Assembly (NCBI GenBank): GCA_013359225.1
Contig: JABWCG010000001.1
Coordinates: 70,410-134,409 of the forward strand
DNA length: 64,000 nt
Direction of reading: 5' to 3'
Source: Candidatus Buchananbacteria bacterium
GTDB taxonomy: Bacteria > Patescibacteriota > Patescibacteriia > Buchananbacterales > UBA6539
Positions within the stretch are counted from its first letter, which is position 1. Each line of letters starts with the position of its first letter. The notes below the pieces were generated by a model, which worked only from the letters and a program-made list of their open reading frames with translations, searched no databases and was not told the DNA's origin. The translations under genes and the position numbers were made by a program. Positions 58,628 to 64,000 of this stretch are shown here, one piece after another.

Positions 58628-61114
58628 ATGAATTTAGACAAATCGAAAGTAAGCGCGTATCTTTTGAATATTATCAAGATTGGAGCTTTGGTTATTGTTT
58701 TTCTCCCGCTGGTAATGAATAGTCAGTATTTTTTTCCGTTCATTGTTTTTAAGAATGTTTTGTTCAGAATTACGACTGAGATAATTTTGGTAGCTTATTT
58801 AATTTTAGCGCAATTTAATCCCAGCTATCGGCCAAAATTTCCGGCTATTGCAATTGCGGTATTTGCCTTGTTGGGTATTTCAGCGTTGTCCACGCTGACG
58901 GGTATCGGTATTTACAGTAGTTTCTGGGGAAACTATGAGCGCATGTCTGGACTATTCCATCAACTTCACCTGGTGGCTTTCTTTTTTGTACTATTCAATG
59001 TGTTTAGAAGTAAAAAAGATTGGTATTCATTATTTACCTTTTCAATTTTTGCCAGTATGCTGATGGCATTTTTAGGATTGGCTCAGTGGCTTGAAGTGCC
59101 ATTTTTGTTGCGTTCCTCAGGAGGTACCCGCTTAACCGGTACGATCGGTAACGCTACTTTTTTTGCCGCCTATTTGATTTTTAACATCTTTTTTGTTCTA
59201 TATTTCTTCGCCAAGGATCGACGGTTCGACCTCAAGCTTTTTGGTGCAAGTTTTTTGGCGTTTGATGCCTACTTATTCATCGGTGCTATTCTATATAAAT
59301 TGTCCGGTGATAGTGATTGGGGGTTCTTGAATGTTTTACGCGTGCCCTTAATTGAGAAATCAATTGAGTATCCGGTTTTCTTGTGGAGTTTTATTATCTT
59401 TCAGTTGGCGCTTTTGGGAACCTGGCTGTGGCGTAATCGGCCGCAAGTGGTCAGGGGATTATTGGGAATAGTTTTTTTGTTTGAATTCTTTATTCTCTAT
59501 AACACGGAAACTCGTGGTGCATTGATCGGGTTAGCGGCTGGCTTGGTGTTGTTGGTTGCCGCTTCAATATTCAAGCCAGGGCTTGATCGGCGTTTAAAAA
59601 TTGCCGGCGTTACGTTCGTGGTTTTAATTTTGCTTTCGCCGTTGATTTTGGTTGCTAATAAGAATTCTAATTTTGTTCAGTCTGATGATACACTGCGCAG
59701 GTTAGCAACAATTTCGTTAACAGATATTACAACAGAATCTCGTATTTTAACCTGGCAGGCAAGTTGGCGCGGCTGGTCTGAGAGCGTCAAATCATTTTTG
59801 ATTGGCTACGGCCCAGAAAATTATTATTACACGTATAATAAGTATTTCCCGGTTGAAATTTATAAAGACAACGGTTCGCAGATTTGGTTTGACAGAGCTC
59901 ATAATGTCATTTTCGATTATGGCGTGACTACCGGTATTTTAGGATTGGGTGCGTATTTGACAATGCTAGGCTTAGCTATTTGGGCGTTGTTTAAACAGTA
60001 TCGTCAGGGTGGCAGTTTTAGTAGTAGCTGGCTTTTTATCGGTTTGATTGTTGCTTATTTCATTCAAAACATTTTTGTCTTTGATACGATGAATACGGAA
60101 ATCCCACTTTATGCAACGCTAGCCTTTGTTGTCTTTTTGTCGCAGTCAAAATCCGCTGAGTCTTTTAGTGAAACTGATGATCTTGGGTATAAACCGATTA
60201 ACTATTTAGCGGTAACCGGCTTGGTATTATTGCTTGGTTTGGGTATTTTTGGCATTAACGTTAAAACCTTGCGTGCTAATCACTATATCTATGAAGCATT
60301 AACTACAAATAACTTGGCCGTCGGAGCAGAGGACGGCTCGTTTGATTTATTAAAAAAATCAGTTGAAGAGTCGGTCGTTGGTAAGTTTGAAGCCAGACAG
60401 CAGCTTTCTAATTTTGTGGCCGGGCTGGTGAGAAACAGTGAAGTTTCCGCCTCTCAAATCAAGCAAGTTTTGAATTATACCGATCAGCAACTGCAAAAAA
60501 GCGTCGCGGAAGAACCGTTGAATATCAGACAGTACCTTTTCTTGTCGACGTATTACAATGCCACCACCAGGGTTAACCAAAATAATCCGCAGCGGGTGTT
60601 GGATTTATTGGAGCCTGCCGTGTATTTAAGTCCGACGCGGCCTCATGTGTATTATGAAATTGCTCAGGCGTACGCTTTCCAGAATAATTTTGAAAAGGCT
60701 GAGGAATATTTCAAAAAAGGGCTGGAATTAGCGCCGTGGGTTAAGGAAGACTATTGGAATGTCTTAACTATTTACATTGTTTTTGAAAAGTATGAGCAAT
60801 CTGATAGTTATATTGAATATATGAAATCCCAGCTTGATTGGGAGCCCGGATTGAATGATTATAAGAAGCTAGCCGATCTTTATTCCCGGGTCAAAAATTA
60901 TGATCGGATGATTAAATATCAGGAAAAGGTAGCTGAGCTTGAGCCAAGCGCCGCTAATTATGCCAAGTTGGCGGCAATGTATGCGGCCATTGGCGAAAAC
61001 CAAAAAGCTAAGGAGCTAACACAGCGGGCGGTGAATCTCAACCCTGATTTTGCTGCAGAAGCGCAAAAGTTTTTAGAGCTCCTGGAGCAAGGTGAATTGC
61101 TCGATCAACAATAA
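58628..61114 (+). CDS. Wzy_C-superfamily (O-antigen ligase/polymerase or PglL-like O-oligosaccharyltransferase) membrane protein, fused to C-terminal TPR repeats.
   Basis: About 12 TM helices with a large periplasmic loop (Wzy_C-like region around …YNTETRGALIGLAAGL…). C-terminal about 250 aa of TPR-like repeats (…YYEIAQAYAFQNNFEKAEEYFKKGLELAP…). Confidence 0.65.
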   Translation: MNLDKSKVSAYLLNIIKIGALVIVFLPLVMNSQYFFPFIVFKNVLFRITTEIILVAYLILAQFNPSYRPKFPAIAIAVFALLGISALSTLTGIGIYSSFWGNYERMSGLFHQLHLVAFFFVLFNVFRSKKDWYSLFTFSIFASMLMAFLGLAQWLEVPFLLRSSGGTRLTGTIGNATFFAAYLIFNIFFVLYFFAKDRRFDLKLFGASFLAFDAYLFIGAILYKLSGDSDWGFLNVLRVPLIEKSIEYPVFLWSFIIFQLALLGTWLWRNRPQVVRGLLGIVFLFEFFILYNTETRGALIGLAAGLVLLVAASIFKPGLDRRLKIAGVTFVVLILLSPLILVANKNSNFVQSDDTLRRLATISLTDITTESRILTWQASWRGWSESVKSFLIGYGPENYYYTYNKYFPVEIYKDNGSQIWFDRAHNVIFDYGVTTGILGLGAYLTMLGLAIWALFKQYRQGGSFSSSWLFIGLIVAYFIQNIFVFDTMNTEIPLYATLAFVVFLSQSKSAESFSETDDLGYKPINYLAVTGLVLLLGLGIFGINVKTLRANHYIYEALTTNNLAVGAEDGSFDLLKKSVEESVVGKFEARQQLSNFVAGLVRNSEVSASQIKQVLNYTDQQLQKSVAEEPLNIRQYLFLSTYYNATTRVNQNNPQRVLDLLEPAVYLSPTRPHVYYEIAQAYAFQNNFEKAEEYFKKGLELAPWVKEDYWNVLTIYIVFEKYEQSDSYIEYMKSQLDWEPGLNDYKKLADLYSRVKNYDRMIKYQEKVAELEPSAANYAKLAAMYAAIGENQKAKELTQRAVNLNPDFAAEAQKFLELLEQGELLDQQ

Positions 61115-61115
61115 A

Positions 61116-63365
61116 ATGAATACATTTAAGAAAGCAGTATTATCTTCGCTTATTGCCGCCGTGCAATTGGTAGGCCTGATGCCAGCACTAACCATGCCGG
61201 TTTGGGCGGCGGAAACCGACCAGTTTAAGGCTGGAGAATTTTTGGTTAAGTTTAAGGGTAATGATGAAATTTATCGGATTAAAACGTCAGCTGACTCAGA
61301 CATTAATCAGATTATCGGCAAGCTTGGAAATCATGCTGAGCTTGAGTATGTTGAACCAAACTACACTTTTGACTATGCCGCATTCCCCAACGATCCGGAC
61401 TATCGGTTTCAATGGTATCACTCTGCAATTGATACTAGGAATTTGTGGTCTAAGGAATTGTTGCTCAGAGAACAGCGTAACATTAAGAGTGAGTCGGTGA
61501 TTGCTGTTTTGGATACGGGAGTTGATTTGGATCACCCTGATTTAGTTTCAAAAATTTGGAAAAATACCGATGAGATTCCCGGAAACGGTCGGGACGATGA
61601 TGCTAATGGCTACGTTGATGATGTTAACGGCTGGGATTTTGTTGATGCCGACGCTGACAGCAATCCATCTTTTGCCCAGGGTTACGTTGAAGATGCGGTT
61701 AAACACGGAACGTTAGTTGCCGGTTTGGCGGCCGCGAGCGTCAACAATGGTGAAGGTATTGCGGGCGTAAGCTGGTATAGCAAAATAATGCCATTGCGGG
61801 TTTTGGACAGCAGCGGTTCTGGCGATGTTTTTTCAGTCGTTCAGGCGATTGATTATGCGGTTAAAAACGGTGCGGATGTTATTAATATGAGTTTTGTCGG
61901 TCAGAATGCGAGCCAAAGTCTGCTATCAGCAATTAAGCGCGCGTACAATAGTAATGTATTGGTAGTGGCTGCGGCCGGGAACACTGATCCGAGTGTAAAT
62001 GGTGTTGATATGAGCATCACTAAATCATATCCGGTTTGTTATGACGGCGATAACGGTGAAAATATTGTTATCGGCGTGGCATCGGTTGGAAAGAATCTAG
62101 TGAAATCAAATTTTTCTAACTATGGTGACTGTATTGATATTGTTGCACCGGGTGACAGTTTTTATACCACGCAGGTCTATGATCAGAAGGTAAACGGGTT
62201 TAATCAAAAGTATTCAGGTTATTGGTCTGGTACCTCGCTCTCAGCTCCCTTGGTGAGTGGTGTTTTGGCGACAATGAAAGAAATTCGCCCTGAGTTGTCC
62301 GCTCCGCAAATCAGGGATCTTTTGCTTGATAATACAATTGATGTGTATGCGTATAACGCTGAGTATAAGGGCAAGCTCGGCCAAGGGTTGCTAAACGCCA
62401 GCCAGGTGCTTGAAGCGACGCTTAAAGAACGTCCGGCACCGGGGATGGCTGGTGAAGGCGGCTATATTGTTGTTGGGCTGGGATCTGGCTCATTTCCTCA
62501 GATTAAAGTGCTGAAACCGGATGGCTCGGTGTTTAAAGAGTTTTATGCCTATAGTCCCTATTTTAAAGGACAAATTAATGTTGCGGTCGGTGATGTTGAC
62601 GGCGATGGTGTTGACGAAATCATCACCGGCGCCGGTTCGCTCGGGGGTCCCCATGTTCGGGTGTTTAATGTTGAGGGTCAGCTAGAGTCAGAATTTTTTG
62701 CTTATAATTCAAAGTTACGCACTGGTGTTACTGTTGCGGTCGGTGATGTTGACGGCGATGGTGTTGACGAAATCATCACCGGCGCCGGACGAGGGACTGG
62801 GCCGGAGGTAAAAGTTTTTGATGCAACCGGAAAAATAAAAAACACTTTTTTGGCCTATGGCGAGAATTTCAAAGGGGGAGTAAAAATTGCCGTTGGCGAT
62901 GTTGATAAAGATGGTGTTGATGAAATCATCACCGGCGCCGGTTCGGGCGGCGGTCCCCATGTTCGGGTATTTGAATCTAACGGAACTTTGTTAGCTCAAT
63001 TTTTTGCCTATAACCAGAATTTCCGGGGCGGCATTAATATTGCGTCCGGTGATATTCATGGTGACGGTCAGGCTGAAATTATGGTTAGTGTGGAGGAAAA
63101 TTCAGTGCCGACGGTTCGGGTGTTTAATTATCAAGGACTGATGCTTTCAAACTTCTTTGTTGATGAACCTAATTTTTTGAAGGGAATTTACGTTGGTGCG
63201 GGAGACCTTGACGGGGACGGTCTTTCCGAAATTGTGGCTGGAAAAAACGTCGGTGGCAATGCGGAAGTAAAAGTTTTTGATTGGCTGGGTAATACTAAAC
63301 ATACGTTAATGGCTCACGTTGAAAGCTATCGTGGCGGCGCCAGGCCGACTATCATCAGTAATTAA
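61116..63365 (+). CDS. Secreted S8-family (subtilisin-like) serine peptidase with C-terminal FG-GAP/VCBS-like repeats.
   Basis: Signal peptide. Catalytic triad motifs AVLDTGVD, HGTLVAG, GTSLSAP. At least 5 repeats of …VAVGDVDGDGVDEIITGAGxxGGPxVRVF…. ATG at 61116 is preferred over the GTG at 61092. Confidence 0.8.
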   Translation: MNTFKKAVLSSLIAAVQLVGLMPALTMPVWAAETDQFKAGEFLVKFKGNDEIYRIKTSADSDINQIIGKLGNHAELEYVEPNYTFDYAAFPNDPDYRFQWYHSAIDTRNLWSKELLLREQRNIKSESVIAVLDTGVDLDHPDLVSKIWKNTDEIPGNGRDDDANGYVDDVNGWDFVDADADSNPSFAQGYVEDAVKHGTLVAGLAAASVNNGEGIAGVSWYSKIMPLRVLDSSGSGDVFSVVQAIDYAVKNGADVINMSFVGQNASQSLLSAIKRAYNSNVLVVAAAGNTDPSVNGVDMSITKSYPVCYDGDNGENIVIGVASVGKNLVKSNFSNYGDCIDIVAPGDSFYTTQVYDQKVNGFNQKYSGYWSGTSLSAPLVSGVLATMKEIRPELSAPQIRDLLLDNTIDVYAYNAEYKGKLGQGLLNASQVLEATLKERPAPGMAGEGGYIVVGLGSGSFPQIKVLKPDGSVFKEFYAYSPYFKGQINVAVGDVDGDGVDEIITGAGSLGGPHVRVFNVEGQLESEFFAYNSKLRTGVTVAVGDVDGDGVDEIITGAGRGTGPEVKVFDATGKIKNTFLAYGENFKGGVKIAVGDVDKDGVDEIITGAGSGGGPHVRVFESNGTLLAQFFAYNQNFRGGINIASGDIHGDGQAEIMVSVEENSVPTVRVFNYQGLMLSNFFVDEPNFLKGIYVGAGDLDGDGLSEIVAGKNVGGNAEVKVFDWLGNTKHTLMAHVESYRGGARPTIISN

Positions 63366-63367
63366 TT

Positions 63368-63832
63368 ATGACATTATTTAATCAAACGTTATCATTTGTA
63401 AGGCGGTATCCTTCTTTCAAGCAGTTTCTTAAATTTTGCATTGTCGGCGGAACTGCTGCAATGATAAATTTTTCTGTTTATTATTCGTTTACTGCCTGGC
63501 TTGAAGTTTGGTATGTGTATTCAGCGATTTGGGCTTTTTTAATTTCGGCTGTTTTTAATTTTACCTCTAATAAATTGTGGACATTTCGTAATAATGAAAT
63601 TGGTCTGCAAGTAGTAAAACAATTGGTTAAGTTTGCAATCGTAATGACCCTTGGTTTGGCAATTAACACTTCAATCATTTATGGTCTGACTGATTTAGTC
63701 AAAATTAACTGGTTGTTATCCTGGGTGGTTGCTACCGGGGTGGTTACTTTTTGGAATTTTGGGTTTAACCGATTATGGACGTTTCGTAAGCGAAAAAACG
63801 AGGCACCGGAATTGCCCTCGACCCAAATTTAG
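63368..63832 (+). CDS. GtrA-family membrane protein (polysaccharide synthesis / flippase accessory).
   Basis: 4-TM, about 150 aa. GtrA-like …FLKFCIVGGTAAMINF… and conserved WTFR segments. Confidence 0.7.
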   Translation: MTLFNQTLSFVRRYPSFKQFLKFCIVGGTAAMINFSVYYSFTAWLEVWYVYSAIWAFLISAVFNFTSNKLWTFRNNEIGLQVVKQLVKFAIVMTLGLAINTSIIYGLTDLVKINWLLSWVVATGVVTFWNFGFNRLWTFRKRKNEAPELPSTQI

Positions 63833-63888
63833 GTTATACTTTTTAGTGTACTTCTAATAAATTTTGAGCTGGTAAAATATCATAAAAT

Positions 63889-64000
63889 ATGCCGAAAAAA
63901 GCAATTTTTGAGAAAAAAAATATTCTAATTACGGGAGGAGCTGGCTTTATTGGTTCTCATCTTTGTGATGAGTTGGTAAAAGACAGCAAGGTGATTTGTA
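63889..64000 (+). CDS. NAD-dependent epimerase/dehydratase (UDP-GlcA decarboxylase/UXS-like). 5' fragment truncated by the window end.
   Basis: ILITGGAGFIGSHLCDEL Rossmann motif. Extended -10 (TGgTAAAAT) about 10 nt upstream. Confidence 0.6.
   Translation, partial: MPKKAIFEKKNILITGGAGFIGSHLCDELVKDSKVIC

Noticed and set aside
1-64000. Possible alternative genetic code (UGA = Gly, code 25), as in some CPR lineages.
   Set aside because: Many genes end at TGA exactly where the next gene's ATG overlaps (ATGA junctions, e.g. 1242, 2630, 33126, 34241, 35326, 37266, 37892). Protein lengths match homologs under the standard code. TGA is therefore a stop.

Overview
The window reads as a low-GC (about 38-42%) bacterial chromosome with tightly packed, often 4-nt-overlapping genes (ATGA junctions). 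By inference only, this looks like a small-genome, CPR/Patescibacteria-like organism. Standard genetic code: TGA is consistently used as a stop. Reading left to right: (i) a membrane/secreted-protein plus glycosyltransferase trio; (ii) a complete sufCBDSU Fe-S cluster assembly operon with a recognisable promoter and terminators; (iii) tRNA-Pro(CGG) followed by a small high-GC islet encoding a 4-TM protein; (iv) rarA, a NUDIX hydrolase, and pilT with a type IV pilin and small envelope proteins; (v) an HtrA-like PDZ protease with a degenerate active-site motif; (vi) a second high-GC islet carrying a divergent adenylosuccinate-synthetase-family gene next to an excisionase-like HTH gene; (vii) an ECF sigma/anti-sigma pair preceded by two tandem copies of an ECF-type promoter motif; (viii) a 1240-aa repetitive Thr/Ser/Gly-rich secreted protein (S-layer/surface-protein candidate) followed by two paralogous GT39 (PMT/ArnT-like) glycosyltransferases and a TPR protein; (ix) a protein/surface-glycan biosynthesis locus of about 35 kb that occupies the right half of the window. 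That locus holds GT4 transferases, a sugar 6-dehydrogenase/4-epimerase pair, methyltransferases, an MsbA/PglK-like ABC exporter, a full pseudaminic-acid-type module (PseB, PseC, PseH-like, NeuB-family synthase, CMP-transferase), a second NeuB-family synthase/CMP-transferase module with SDR, FkbM, aldehyde dehydrogenase and transketolase, a WbaP-like initiating phosphoglycosyltransferase, a Wzy_C (O-antigen-ligase/PglL-like) protein fused to TPR repeats, an S8 subtilase with FG-GAP repeats, GtrA, and the start of another epimerase/dehydratase. The most interesting inference is a complete lipid-linked-oligosaccharide system for en bloc protein O-glycosylation, carrying nonulosonic acids, in a reduced genome. 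It is co-located with a candidate glycoprotein substrate and a dedicated sigma factor. No CRISPR array, rRNA or obvious IS element is visible. All calls rest on motif recognition by eye; no database search was possible.
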